DNA of 32,694 bases from an uncultured Janthinobacterium sp. (GCA_964658025.1 CAZZXB010000014.1:1-32694), one strand, 5' to 3'. Counted from the stretch's first letter, positions 1 to 12,234 are shown. Translations and numbers: made by a program. The notes: generated by a model not told the origin, from the sequence alone.

Positions 1-931
1 AACACGCGCACGTGCGCGCGCAACACGCCCGGAACCGCGCCCGAACTCGCGATGACGGGCGTCCCGACCGCCGCGGCCTCGAGCATCGGCAAGCCGAAAC
101 CCTCGCACAGCGAGGGATAGACGAGCGCGACCGCGCCCGCATAGTGTCGCGCGAGATCGGCCGTCGAGAGATCGCCGAGATACCGGATGCATCCGCGCGC
201 GCTCGCCGGATCGAGCGTCGGCACGGATGTGGAGCCCGACGGCACGGCGGACGTCGACGACGTGGATGCGGAGACGGGCGACGCGGCGGACGTCGACGCG
301 AACGCGCCGAGCGTGCCGTCGTCGATGCCCGTCAGCGCGAGATCGATCGCACGCTCGGACGCGAGCGATGCCCACGCGCGCACGAGCGTCGCGAGATCCT
401 TGTGCGGCCGACGATTCCCCGCGTAGATGAAATACGGTCGCGCCGCGGGCGCGGGTACGGTCGTCGCGAAATACGCGTCGTCGACACCGAGCGGCACGAC
501 GCGAACCTTCCGCGGATCGATGCCGAGGTAACGTTCGAGATCTTCGATCGTCCGCTCGTCGTCCGTGACGACGCGCGCCGCGCGCGCGCAGACCGCGCGT
601 ACGACCGTCCGATAATACGGCCCGACCGATCGTTTGAAGTGTTCGGGAAATCGGAGATGGATGAGATCGTGGATCGTCACGATCGTCGGTCGCGTGCCGA
701 AGAACGGCGCGTACACGGAGAGGTGGTGCACGAGCCGCGCGCCCGCGCGCGCGGCGCGAAACGGCACGCCGATTTGTTCGGCGAGATCGAGTCCGCTCGT
801 GCGGACGAGCGTCGCGAACGAGAGATCGGGTGCGACGGTCGGCAGACGTCGCGCGAGCTCTTCCGCGTACGCCGTCATCCCGACCGACATCCGCGGCATC
901 CGCGGCAGATCGAGGGCGACGTCGACGGCAC

Positions 932-935
<4 letters not shown>
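1..935 (-). CDS. Glycosyltransferase family 4 (GT-B fold), runs off the window edge
   Basis: Absent from the ORF track because it has no stop in the window. Translated by hand from GTG at 935 (GTGA overlap with upstream stop): ...IVTIHDLIHLRFP...VVPLGVD...YAGNRRPHKDL...LVYPSLCEGFGLPMLEAAAVGTPVIAS. EGFGLPxLEA is the GT4 signature. Confidence 0.9.
225..302. repeat. Imperfect 39-bp tandem duplication inside the GT4 gene, encoding a Ser/Thr/Ala-rich insert
   Basis: ggatg(t/c)ggag at 225 and 264; cggcggacgtcgacg at 245 and 284. Both pairs are exactly 39 bp apart. Confidence 0.7.
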
Positions 936-3474
<2,539 letters not shown>

Positions 3475-3512
3475 TCACGTACGCAACGACTCGCTCGAAA
3501 GGACGTAATCCC

Positions 3513-3926
3513 GTGGCGCATCGCTTTCTTCCGACCTTCGACTCCGCCCGCGCGCGCACGCTCGCGCTCGGCGTCATCCTCGCCGCGACGGCGGCCGGCG
3601 CGTCGCCCGCGCTCGCGCAGCCGTTCGACGGCCCGCCGGGTCCGCCGCCGGGCGTCTTCGTCCCGCGTTACGAGCATTGGCAACCGCGTTGGGATCGCGG
3701 CGACTACGATCGTCACCACGTCATCCTCGGCACGGTCGCGGGCTTCGAACCGTTCCGCCTCCAACTCGCGCACCCCGACGGCAACGTGCAGACGATCGAT
3801 CTCAAGAACGGCACGGTCATCCGCCCGACGGGCGCCACGCCCCAGCAGGGTCAGCGCGTCGCCGTGATCGGATACTTCAGCCGCGGCACCTTCATCGCGA
3901 ACCGCGTCATCCTACGCGACGAGTGA
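3513..3926 (+). CDS. Secreted hypothetical protein, probably a small OB-fold (DUF5666-like) domain
   Basis: SD-like AAAGGA upstream of GTG 3513. Signal peptide ending ASPALA|Q, a Pro-rich linker, then GTV...TIDLKNGTVI...GQRVAVIG...FIANRV. The 3' end overlaps the convergent gene by 20 bp. Confidence 0.65.
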   Translation: MAHRFLPTFDSARARTLALGVILAATAAGASPALAQPFDGPPGPPPGVFVPRYEHWQPRWDRGDYDRHHVILGTVAGFEPFRLQLAHPDGNVQTIDLKNGTVIRPTGATPQQGQRVAVIGYFSRGTFIANRVILRDE

Positions 3927-5130
3927 GCCCGGCGAGCTCGCGCGCGAGCGCTTCGTCCGCGGCGGCGACGACGCCGTACTGTCGCCGCGGATCGGGTTCG
4001 AGAACGGGGGGCTCGCCCGTCGCGTCGATCACGACGCCGCCCGCTTCCTCGATCACGAGGATCGCCGCGGCGATATCGTGCGCGTGCGCGACGGGGCGCG
4101 CGAGGCCGTAGAACGCGCCGAGCGAACCGTCCCCGACGCGGCAGAAATCGAGCGCCATGCTTCCGCTGATCCGTAAGCGCCCGATCGACGGCAACGGCGG
4201 GAACGTCTCGCCCGGCATCGGGCTCGGAAGCGCGGCGAGCGGCGAGCGGCGCGTCTGGAGCGCGACGCCGTCGAGCGTGGCGCCCCCGTCCTTGCGCGCG
4301 ACGTAGCGACGACCCGAGACGAGATCGGCGACGAGACCGGCGAGCGGGCGCCCCGCACGCACGAGCGCGGCCGACATCGCGTACGACGGATATCCGAGCA
4401 CGTAATTCCGACTGCCGTCGAGCGGATCGAGCGAGATCCACGCTTCGTCCGGATCGACGCTGCGCGCGCCGACGAGGCCCGCTTCTTCGCTCACGATCGG
4501 GACGCCGAGCGGGACGAACTCCGCGAAGGCCGCGCGTTCCGCGGCGGCGTCGGCGAGTTCGGTCGGCGCGCCGTCGGCGCCGATGCCGACCGAGCCGCCG
4601 CCGCGACGTCCGGCGATCGCGACGGAGACGCCCGTCGCGGCACGCCCCGCCGCCGCGAGGAAGCGGTCGACGAGCGTCCCCGCGTTCGCGGCGATCGCGC
4701 GCTCGAAACGCAGTGCGGGCGGCCTTTCGTCGAAACCGTTCGCGCGATAGAAATCGTGCGCGCGCGTGCGCGTGACCCGCGACGTGAGGACGACGACGGC
4801 GCATCCGAGTTCGCGCGCCGTCGCGTCGACCGCGTCGAGCAACGCGCGACCGATACCGTGCCCGCGCTCGCGTTCGGCGACGGCGAGCGCCGCGAGCACC
4901 GCCTCGCGCCGGTCCTCGAACGCGCTCCACTGCGTCCGAATCGACGCGAAGCCGACGACCGTTTCGCGCGCGTCGCACGCGACGAGCACGCGCACGTTCG
5001 GCGCGTCGAGTTGCGCGTCGAGCGTCGAGAACGGATGCGCGCGCGAGGCGACGTCGTCGTGGCCGCCCATCGTGCCGACGAGCCCGACGAGCGCGTCGCG
5101 ATCGCGCGCGACCGCACGCCGGACGATCAC
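3907..5130 (-). CDS. GNAT N-acetyltransferase fused to an inositol monophosphatase/FBPase-family domain
   Basis: GTG 5130 overlaps the prmC stop. N-terminal GNAT: LAVAERERGHGIGRALL...AHDFYRANGF. C-terminal IMPase: GIGADGAPTELADAAAE, IVSEE, LDPLDGSRNY, HDIAAAILVIEEAGG. One uninterrupted frame. Confidence 0.85.
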   Translation of the reverse strand: MIVRRAVARDRDALVGLVGTMGGHDDVASRAHPFSTLDAQLDAPNVRVLVACDARETVVGFASIRTQWSAFEDRREAVLAALAVAERERGHGIGRALLDAVDATARELGCAVVVLTSRVTRTRAHDFYRANGFDERPPALRFERAIAANAGTLVDRFLAAAGRAATGVSVAIAGRRGGGSVGIGADGAPTELADAAAERAAFAEFVPLGVPIVSEEAGLVGARSVDPDEAWISLDPLDGSRNYVLGYPSYAMSAALVRAGRPLAGLVADLVSGRRYVARKDGGATLDGVALQTRRSPLAALPSPMPGETFPPLPSIGRLRISGSMALDFCRVGDGSLGAFYGLARPVAHAHDIAAAILVIEEAGGVVIDATGEPPVLEPDPRRQYGVVAAADEALARELAGLTRRVG

Positions 5131-5993
5131 GACTCCGCGACCGATCGACGGACTTCGACGACGCGCGGACGTTTGCCGTAATCGTCGTAGATCGCGACGC
5201 GCGCGCCCGGTTCGAACGCCGCGCGCGCGAGCGCCGCGAGTTCGGTCGTCGTGTCGGGACCCGCTTCCATCAACGCGACGCCGTCGACCGAAAGCGCGTC
5301 CGGCGCGCGCGCGAGGAATCGACGGTAGACGTCGAGTCCGTCGGGACCGCCGTCGAGCGCGAGCCGCGGTTCGAACGACGTCGGATCGGGCGACGGCGCG
5401 AGATCGCCCGTGCGCACGTACGGCAGGTTCGCCGCGAGCAGATCGAAACGCTCGTCCGGCGCGAGCGCGTCGAGCACGTCGCCCGTGCGAAAATCGATCC
5501 GCTCCGCCACGCCGTGCGCGAGCGCGTTCTCGCGGGCGATCGCGAGCGCGTCGGGCGACCGATCGATCGCGACGACGGCGGCCTGCGGCCATTCGAGCGC
5601 GAGCGTGATCGCGAGGATCCCGCTCCCCGTTCCGACGTCGCAGATCGCGCGCGGCGTCGCCCCGCCCGTGGCGTACCGGAGGCGCGCGAGGATCACGAGA
5701 TGCTCCGTCTCCGGGCGCGGTACGAGCACGCTCGGCGAGACGCGAAACGTCCGTCCGTAGAATCCCGCGGTGCCGACGACGTACGGAACGGGTTCGCCGA
5801 TCGCACGTCGCGCGACGGCGGCGCGATAGGCGGCGGCGCTCGCGTCGTCGAGCGCCGCGTCGTGATGCGCGAAGATCCACGACGCATTGCGCTCGAGCAC
5901 CGAGCCGAGTAAGAGCACCGCATCGAAGCGGCCCGATTCGCCGCTCGCGCGCAGGCGTTCGAGCGCTTCGCCGAGCGCGTCGCCGACCGTCAC
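5127..5993 (-). CDS. prmC: Release factor glutamine methyltransferase
   Basis: RRAIGEPVPYVVG, VLVPRPETEHLV, DVGTGSG, ANLPYV (NPPY variant), FEPRLALDGGPDGL. Confidence 0.95.
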   Translation of the reverse strand: MTVGDALGEALERLRASGESGRFDAVLLLGSVLERNASWIFAHHDAALDDASAAAYRAAVARRAIGEPVPYVVGTAGFYGRTFRVSPSVLVPRPETEHLVILARLRYATGGATPRAICDVGTGSGILAITLALEWPQAAVVAIDRSPDALAIARENALAHGVAERIDFRTGDVLDALAPDERFDLLAANLPYVRTGDLAPSPDPTSFEPRLALDGGPDGLDVYRRFLARAPDALSVDGVALMEAGPDTTTELAALARAAFEPGARVAIYDDYGKRPRVVEVRRSVAES

Positions 5994-6000
5994 CTCGCCG

Positions 6001-6393
6001 CTAATCCTCGTCGGCGAGCGATTCGACGATCGCGGGGATCTCTTCGTAGGCGATCCCGTCGAACGCCCACGTCGCCTTCCACCCGTCGCTTCCGTCCAGC
6101 GTGGCGTTTCCGATATCCTCGCCTTCGTCGTAGGCGAGATCGAGCGCGGCGATGCGCACGCTCTCGGGGAACGTCCCGCGTTCGTTCGCGATCGAGAACG
6201 CGGTCGTTCCGAAGAACGTGAGCGTGCCGAGAAACGTGTCGGGCTGCCGGAGCGTCCCGTGCAACGTTCCGTAGATACGCAGCGTCACGCGACGCGTCTG
6301 CATATCGGCGGCGAGCGAGGCGAGATACGTATCTCGGAAGTGGCGATTTCCAACGAGCGTCAGGGCGGCACGATCGCGCGGGGCGATACTCAT
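6001..6393 (-). CDS. Hypothetical protein (130 aa)
   Basis: ATG 6393 to TAG 6001 fills the gap between glpD and prmC. Globular beta-rich sequence with an acidic C-terminus and no confident family. Confidence 0.7.
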   Translation of the reverse strand: MSIAPRDRAALTLVGNRHFRDTYLASLAADMQTRRVTLRIYGTLHGTLRQPDTFLGTLTFFGTTAFSIANERGTFPESVRIAALDLAYDEGEDIGNATLDGSDGWKATWAFDGIAYEEIPAIVESLADED

Positions 6394-6428
6394 CGTGCTA
6401 GCGTGCGCGCGACGACGAAAGCGCTCCT

Positions 6429-8003
6429 TTACGCGAGCGCCGCGACGAACGCCGCTTCGTCGGAACGCACGAGTTTCGAGAACGCGGCGAGTTCCGCATC
6501 GCGCCACGCATCGTCGCGCCCGAGTTCGCGCGCGAGCCGCGCCGCGACCCACGGTGCGGCTTCGCGTGCCGCGGCCGCGTCGAGAAACGTCGCGCGCATG
6601 CGCCGCGAGAGCACGTCGTCGACCGTGCGCGCCATCTCGGCGGAGATCGCGTACGCCGCCTGCGCGCGCGTGAACGGAAGACGCGCCGAGAGCGGCGCGC
6701 GGAGGTCGGCGTCGCCCGCCTCGAGCGCGAAGAGCTCGTCGCGATCGGTTCCGTACGTCGCGTGCGCTTCGTCGGAGAAGCGACCGGAGGGCCCGGGATT
6801 GCCGTGCAACGGCACGTGCGCCGTCGGACTCGCGACTTCGGGGAGATCCGCTTCGCGTGCCGCCGCGTCGATCGTATCCTCGGCCATCTTGCGGTAGGTC
6901 GTCCACTTCCCGCCCGTCACCGTCACGAGCCCGTGCGGCGAGATGTCGACGAGATGCTCGCGCGAGAGCTTCGCCGTGCTGCCCGCGTTCTTGCGATTGA
7001 CGAGCGGCCGCAGACCGGCGAACGCGGCGAGCGCGTCGGAGGCGCGGACGGGTCGCGCGAGATAGCGATTGAAATGTTCGACGATGTACTCCGCCTCCGC
7101 GCGCGTCGGCGCGGGATCGAGCTCGGCCGAATCGACTTGGATATCGGTCGTGCCGACGACGACGTGACCGTGCCACGGGATCGCGAAGAGCACGCGGCCG
7201 TCGTCGGTTTTCGGAACGAGTAACGCCTCGTCGCCCGGAAAGACGTCGGCCGAGAACACGAGATGCGAGCCGCGACTGTGTTCGAGTAACGGCCGCGCCG
7301 AGGGATCGTCGGCCTTGCGGAGTTCGTCGACGAAGATGCCCGTCGCGTTGACGACGACCTTCGCGCGCACCTCGCGCTCCGACCCCGTCTCCACGTCGCG
7401 GACGACCGCGCCGCACGCGCGACCGTTGGCGTAGAGCAACCGCTCCACGCGCGCGTAGTTGACGACCGCGGCGCCGCGATCGGTCGCGGTCCGCGCGAGC
7501 GCGAGCGCGAGTCGCGCGTCGTCGAAGAGTCCGTCGCTATACGCGATGCTTCCGAACAGCCCCGAAGACGAGAGTCCGGGGAGCGCGCGTAGCGTCGCCT
7601 TCGCGCCGTTGGCGCCGCTCGCGCGAAATCCGGTGCGGCCGGCGAGCGCGTCGTACGCCTTGAGGCCCGCGAAATAATACGGGCCTTCGTACCACCGGTA
7701 GAGCGGGAGGTGGAAGCGGAGTTCGCGGACGAGGTGCGGCGCGTTCGCGCGCAACACCGCGCGTTCGCGCAAGGCCTCGCGCACGAGGCCGACGTCGCCA
7801 TTCTGAAGATAGCGCACGCCCCCGTGCACGAGTTTGGTCGAACGACTCGACGTCGCTTTCGCGAAATCGCTCGCTTCGACCAGGGCCGTCCGGTAGCCGC
7901 GCGCCTGCGAGTCGAGCGCCGCCCCGAGCCCCGTCGCGCCCCCGCCGACGACGAGGACGTCGAACGTCTCGTCGAGGCGGCGGAGCGCTTCGTCGCGATT
8001 CAT
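6429..8003 (-). CDS. glpD: FAD-dependent glycerol-3-phosphate dehydrogenase
   Basis: [55 protein letters not shown] 8003 overlaps the glpK stop (ATGA). Confidence 0.95.
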   Translation of the reverse strand: MNRDEALRRLDETFDVLVVGGGATGLGAALDSQARGYRTALVEASDFAKATSSRSTKLVHGGVRYLQNGDVGLVREALRERAVLRANAPHLVRELRFHLPLYRWYEGPYYFAGLKAYDALAGRTGFRASGANGAKATLRALPGLSSSGLFGSIAYSDGLFDDARLALALARTATDRGAAVVNYARVERLLYANGRACGAVVRDVETGSEREVRAKVVVNATGIFVDELRKADDPSARPLLEHSRGSHLVFSADVFPGDEALLVPKTDDGRVLFAIPWHGHVVVGTTDIQVDSAELDPAPTRAEAEYIVEHFNRYLARPVRASDALAAFAGLRPLVNRKNAGSTAKLSREHLVDISPHGLVTVTGGKWTTYRKMAEDTIDAAAREADLPEVASPTAHVPLHGNPGPSGRFSDEAHATYGTDRDELFALEAGDADLRAPLSARLPFTRAQAAYAISAEMARTVDDVLSRRMRATFLDAAAAREAAPWVAARLARELGRDDAWRDAELAAFSKLVRSDEAAFVAALA

Positions 8004-9496
8004 TCCGAGCGATCCCAATCTCGCGAACGTTCCACGGCGCGGGTCCAATCGCGCACGAGACGCGCGCGTTCGTCGTCCTTCATCTTGGGCCGGAATCTCC
8101 GTTCTTCGTGCCAGTGCGTCGCCACGTCGTCCGGGCTCTTCCAATATCCGACGCCGAGACCCGCGAGATACGCCGCGCCGAGCGCCGTCGTCTCGAGAAC
8201 GCGCGGGCGAACGACGTCGACGCCGAGGATGTCGGCTTGGAACTGCATCATCAGATCGTTGGACGCCGCGCCGCCGTCGACGCGCAGTTCCGTGAGATCG
8301 AGTCCGCCGTCGGCCTTCATCGCGTCGACGACCTCCGAGGTTTGGTAGGCCATCGCCTCGAGCGCGGCGCGCGCGATGTGCTCGCGCGTCGAGCCGCGCG
8401 AGAGGCCGACGATCGTGCCGCGCGCGTACGGATCCCAATGCGGCGCGCCGAGACCGGCGAGCGCGGGGACGAAATACACGCCGCCGTTGTCGGGGACGCG
8501 ACGCGCGAGTTGCTCGACGTCCGCGGACGCCGAGATGATCCCGAGTCCGTCGCGCAGCCACTGCACGGCCGCACCCGTCACGAAGATCGACCCCTCGAGC
8601 GCGTACATCGCCTTGCCGCGTTCGGCCGAATAGGCGATCGTCGTGAGCAGGGCTTTGGGACTGCGGACGATCTCCTCGCCCGTGTTGAGGACCACGAACG
8701 AACCCGTGCCGTACGTGTTCTTCGCGAGCCCTTTCGTGAAGCCGGCCTGACCGATGAGCGCGGCGTGCTGGTCGCCCGCGACTCCCGCGATCGGAATCGA
8801 CGCGCCGAAGAGCTTCGCTTCCGCGCTTCCGAATTTCCCGATCGAGGGCATCGGCTCGGGCAACATCGCGCGCGGCACGCCCAGCTCGCGCAGGAGTTCG
8901 TCGTCCCAATCGAGCGTCTCGAGATTGAAGAGCATCGTGCGCGAGGCGTTCGTGTAATCGATCACGTGCATCGCGCCGCCGGTGAGATTCCAGACGATCC
9001 ACGAGTCGACCGTTCCGAAACAGAGTTCGCCCTTCTCCGCTCGCTCGCGCGCGTTCTTCACGTTGTCGAGGATCCAGGCGATCTTCGTGCCGGAGAAATA
9101 CGGATCGACGACGAGACCCGTTTTCTCGCGGATCGTCCGCTCGAGCCCGCGTCCCTTGAGCGCCTCGCAGGTCGGCGCCGTGCGCCGGTCTTGCCACACG
9201 ATCGCGTTCGAGACGGGTTTGCCCGTCGCGCGCTCCCACACGATCGTCGTCTCGCGCTGGTTCGTGATGCCGATCGCGGCGACGTCGCTCGCCTTGATCC
9301 CCGCGTTGGCGATCGCGCCGCGCGCGGTCTCGCGCTGCGACGTCCAGATGTCGAGCGGATCGTGTTCCACCCAGCCGGGCTTGGGAAAATGCTGCGGGAA
9401 CTCGCGTTGATCGAGACCGCGGATCGTTCCGCTCTCGTCGAAGACGATGGCCCGGGAACTCGTCGTGCCTTGATCGAGCGCGAGAATGTACGACAT
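8000..9496 (-). CDS. glpK: Glycerol kinase
   Basis: [62 protein letters not shown]. Confidence 0.98.
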   Translation of the reverse strand: MSYILALDQGTTSSRAIVFDESGTIRGLDQREFPQHFPKPGWVEHDPLDIWTSQRETARGAIANAGIKASDVAAIGITNQRETTIVWERATGKPVSNAIVWQDRRTAPTCEALKGRGLERTIREKTGLVVDPYFSGTKIAWILDNVKNARERAEKGELCFGTVDSWIVWNLTGGAMHVIDYTNASRTMLFNLETLDWDDELLRELGVPRAMLPEPMPSIGKFGSAEAKLFGASIPIAGVAGDQHAALIGQAGFTKGLAKNTYGTGSFVVLNTGEEIVRSPKALLTTIAYSAERGKAMYALEGSIFVTGAAVQWLRDGLGIISASADVEQLARRVPDNGGVYFVPALAGLGAPHWDPYARGTIVGLSRGSTREHIARAALEAMAYQTSEVVDAMKADGGLDLTELRVDGGAASNDLMMQFQADILGVDVVRPRVLETTALGAAYLAGLGVGYWKSPDDVATHWHEERRFRPKMKDDERARLVRDWTRAVERSRDWDRSE

Positions 9497-9505
9497 CGTT
9501 TGCTC

Positions 9506-10324
9506 CTAAAGCTTCAGATCCGGCTGTGCCGGAAGATTGCGGGGAAGGAACGGATGGATCAGAAACTGATACGCGGCACCGCCGACGACCCCGCCGATGA
9601 GCGGCCCGACGATCGGGATCCACCAATAATGATCGGGTCCCGGTAGCGCCCGGTCGCCCCAACCCGCGACGAACGCGAAGATGCGCGGGCCGAGATCGCG
9701 CGCGGGGTTGATCGCCCACGCCTCGAGATAGCCCATCGACGCGCCGATCGTCGCGACGAGGAGACCGATCATGAGCGCGCCCGAGTTCGCCATCGGCGCC
9801 ATCGTGTTGAACTCTTCGGTGATCGCGAAGATCCCGAAGATGAGGATCGCCGTGAGGACGATCTGATCGACGAACGCGTGCATCGGCGTGATCGCGAGCC
9901 CGGGATGCGTGAAGAACACGCCCGCCGACGAATCGCCGCCGGCCGCGTCGCGCAACGTGTGGTGCACCGCGTTGTAATGGTCGATCACGGGCGAGAACAA
10001 CAGGTATACGATCGCGGCGCCGATGAAGCCGCCGATCACCTGGACGAGCATGTACGGAAGGACCTTACGGCCGGGAAAGCCGCGATAGAGCCAGAGCGCG
10101 AGCGTCACCGCGCAATTCGCGTGCGTCCCCGAAACGGCGCCCGTGGCGTAGATCGCGATCGTCACCGCGAGGCCCCAGGCGATGCAGACGCCCCAATACG
10201 CATTGAGATACGGACTCGGGTCGTACAAGATGTACATCGCCGCGACGGAACAACCGAACGCGATGATGATGGCGACGGCGACGGCTTCGGAGATGAGCTC
10301 TCCGAGAAACTGACGATCGATCAC
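9506..10324 (-). CDS. glpF: Glycerol uptake facilitator (MIP aquaglyceroporin)
   Basis: SGTHANCAVT and AINPARDLGPR loops, about six hydrophobic segments, WWIPIVGP. GTG 10324 preceded by SD AGGAG. Confidence 0.92.
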   Translation of the reverse strand: MIDRQFLGELISEAVAVAIIIAFGCSVAAMYILYDPSPYLNAYWGVCIAWGLAVTIAIYATGAVSGTHANCAVTLALWLYRGFPGRKVLPYMLVQVIGGFIGAAIVYLLFSPVIDHYNAVHHTLRDAAGGDSSAGVFFTHPGLAITPMHAFVDQIVLTAILIFGIFAITEEFNTMAPMANSGALMIGLLVATIGASMGYLEAWAINPARDLGPRIFAFVAGWGDRALPGPDHYWWIPIVGPLIGGVVGGAAYQFLIHPFLPRNLPAQPDLKL

Positions 10325-10354
10325 GTTTACTACTCCTACGCTCGACGAGAGCAC

Positions 10355-10426
10355 AATAAAAAAAGACGCTCGGAAAAAGACGCACGGGACGCCCGGTTCC
10401 AAGCGACTTTCTTTTATCTCTGTCGC
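10355..10426 (-). terminator. Leader attenuator (terminator with overlapping alternative hairpin) upstream of glpF, the likely GlpP target
   Basis: Minus-strand arm AAAGTCGCTTGGAA (10410-10397) pairs imperfectly with TTCCGAGCGTCTTT (10375-10362) and runs into a U7 tract. An upstream GCGAC (10426-10422) can instead pair with GTCGC in the 5' arm around a purine-rich loop AGAGATAAAAGAAA. Confidence 0.75.
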
Positions 10427-10438
10427 TAAAGTAGCAAA

Positions 10439-10468
10439 ATTCTACCACGATTACCGTGGCAAATGCAA
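10439..10468 (-). promoter_or_regulatory. Sigma70-type promoter for glpFKD
   Basis: TTGCAT (10468-10463), 18-bp spacer, TAGAAT (10444-10439) with an extended -10 TG, in an AT-rich patch. Confidence 0.65.
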
Positions 10469-11059
10469 TTCCGAATTTTCCGTCATCCAAAGCGAGGGGT
10501 TCCCTACCGAGACCGCGTCGACGCCCGCGCGGACGAGATCGTCGATCTCGCGTAACGACGCGACGAGTCCGCCCGCGATGAGCGGCACGGTCGGCGCGGC
10601 GAGCGCGAACTCGGTCACGACGCGTGGGACGGCGGGCGCCGGCAAGAGCTCGATCGCGTCGGGCGCGAAGCGCCCGAGCGTCCGCAGCGCGTGATCGCGC
10701 GCCTGCGAGTCGAGCAAAAAGCTGCGTTGTACGATGACGAGTTCGTTCGCGCGAGCGGCGCGCAGCGTCTCGGCGTGCGTCGAGATGATCCCGTGGACGC
10801 CCGAACGGCCGAGCCACGTCATCGCCGACTTGTCTTTGCCGACGCCCGCGAGCAGATCGACGTTGACGACGGGGAGTTTTCCGGCCCGCACGAGCGCCCG
10901 GGCGAGCGATTCGATCGTGAGGATCGTGCCGCAGAGCAGATAGACGACGCGACCCGGGGCCGCGATGCTGCGATCGAGATGCGCCGGATCGCGCACGGCC
11001 GGAATCACGGGCCACGCCCGAACCGATTCGGCGAACGCCTCGTGCCGCGCCGCCGACAT
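10451..11059 (-). CDS. glpP: Glycerol-3-phosphate-responsive antiterminator
   Basis: PVIPAVR, VNVDLLAGVGKD, GIISTH, IVQRSFLLDSQA, PDAIELLP, PLIAGGL, AVSVGNPSLW. Directly upstream of glpFKD; ATG overlaps the prfA stop (TGATG). Confidence 0.9.
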   Translation of the reverse strand: MSAARHEAFAESVRAWPVIPAVRDPAHLDRSIAAPGRVVYLLCGTILTIESLARALVRAGKLPVVNVDLLAGVGKDKSAMTWLGRSGVHGIISTHAETLRAARANELVIVQRSFLLDSQARDHALRTLGRFAPDAIELLPAPAVPRVVTEFALAAPTVPLIAGGLVASLREIDDLVRAGVDAVSVGNPSLWMTENSELHLPR

Positions 11060-12147
11060 CAGGCCGCGGTCGTTTCGCCGGCGAGGAGGCGCGACTTCTC
11101 GTCCTGCTGGAGCCGCGCGACGATCCGCCCGAGACTGCCGTCCATGAGCCCGCGCACGTCGCCGAAATTCTCGTTGATGCGGTGGTCGGTCACGCGGTCT
11201 TGCGGAAAGTTATAGGTCCGAATCTTCTCGCTCCGATCGCCCGTTCCGACCTGACTGCGCCGCAGACTGCCGACGGCCTCTTCGGCCTCCCGCCGCTTGC
11301 GATCGGCGAGGACGCTGCGCAGCATCGTCATGGCGCGCTCGCGGTTCTGCAACTGCGAGCGTTCCTCGCTACACGAGACGATCACGCCCGAGGGGACGTG
11401 GGTGATGCGGATCGCCGACTCGGTCTTGTTGACGTGCTGACCGCCGGCGCCCGACGCCTTGAACGTGTCGATCTGGAGATCGCGCGCGTGGATCTCGACC
11501 GAGGCGTTGTCTTCGTCGACCTCGGGCAACACCGCGACCGTCGCCGTGCTCGTGTGGACGCGCCCTTGCGATTCCGTCTGCGGAACGCGTTGCACGCGAT
11601 GGACGCCGCTCTCGTATTTGAAGAAGCGATACGGCTCGCCGCTCTTGATCGCGAGCACGAGTTCCTTCACGCCGCCCGCGTCGCTATCGCTCTGCGAGAG
11701 GATCTCGGCGCGCATGCCGAGCGTCTCCGCGTAACGCGCGTAGAGCCGCCCGAGTTCGGCCGCGAAGAGGCCGGCTTCGTCGCCGCCCGCGCCCGCGCGG
11801 ATCTCGACGAAGACGTCGCGGCCGTCGTTGGGATCGCGCGGCAGCATGAGCTCCGTGAGTTCGGCTTCGAGTTCGCGGCGCCGTTCGCGTAGCGCCTTCG
11901 CCTCGTCTTCGGCCATGTCGTGGAGTTCGGGATCGCTCTTGTCCGCGAGGAGTTCGTCGTTGGCGGCGATCTCCGCGAGAAGCTTCTTATAGGCTCGGTA
12001 CGCGACGACGGTCGGTTCGACCGACGCGCGCTCTTTCACGATCGCCGTGAAGCGCTCTTGATCGAACGTGCCGCCGGTATTGGCGAGCGAGGCTTCGAGT
12101 TCGTCGAAGCGTTTGGAGAGCGTTTCGAGTCGTTCGAGGTTGAACAC
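11059..12147 (-). CDS. prfA: Peptide chain release factor 1
   Basis: EIRAGAGGDEA, ESGVHRVQRVPQTE (RF1 PxT motif), SGAGGQHVNKT, RSEKIRTYNFPQDRVTDHR. Confidence 0.97.
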   Translation of the reverse strand: MFNLERLETLSKRFDELEASLANTGGTFDQERFTAIVKERASVEPTVVAYRAYKKLLAEIAANDELLADKSDPELHDMAEDEAKALRERRRELEAELTELMLPRDPNDGRDVFVEIRAGAGGDEAGLFAAELGRLYARYAETLGMRAEILSQSDSDAGGVKELVLAIKSGEPYRFFKYESGVHRVQRVPQTESQGRVHTSTATVAVLPEVDEDNASVEIHARDLQIDTFKASGAGGQHVNKTESAIRITHVPSGVIVSCSEERSQLQNRERAMTMLRSVLADRKRREAEEAVGSLRRSQVGTGDRSEKIRTYNFPQDRVTDHRINENFGDVRGLMDGSLGRIVARLQQDEKSRLLAGETTAA

Positions 12148-12183
12148 GGGCGGTGGATCCTTCTCGGCGTGCGCGCGGGATTG

Positions 12184-12215
12184 AAAAAGGACGAGCCGCG
12201 TTCGCGGCTCGTCCT
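12184..12215 (-). terminator. Intrinsic terminator after rpmE
   Basis: Perfect inverted repeat AGGACGAGCCGC-GAAC-GCGGCTCGTCCT followed by TTTT on the minus strand. Confidence 0.8.
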
Positions 12216-12234
12216 CGAGATCGGTTCCGGGTCG

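Noticed and set aside
6429..9719. 1096-aa ORF suggesting a giant GlpD fusion
   Set aside because: The N-terminal part is an Arg-rich off-frame read across glpK. The real glpD starts at ATG 8003.
5994..11061. Mobile element carrying the glp genes
   Set aside because: No integrase, transposase, terminal repeats or target duplication was seen, and codon style resembles the flanking genes.
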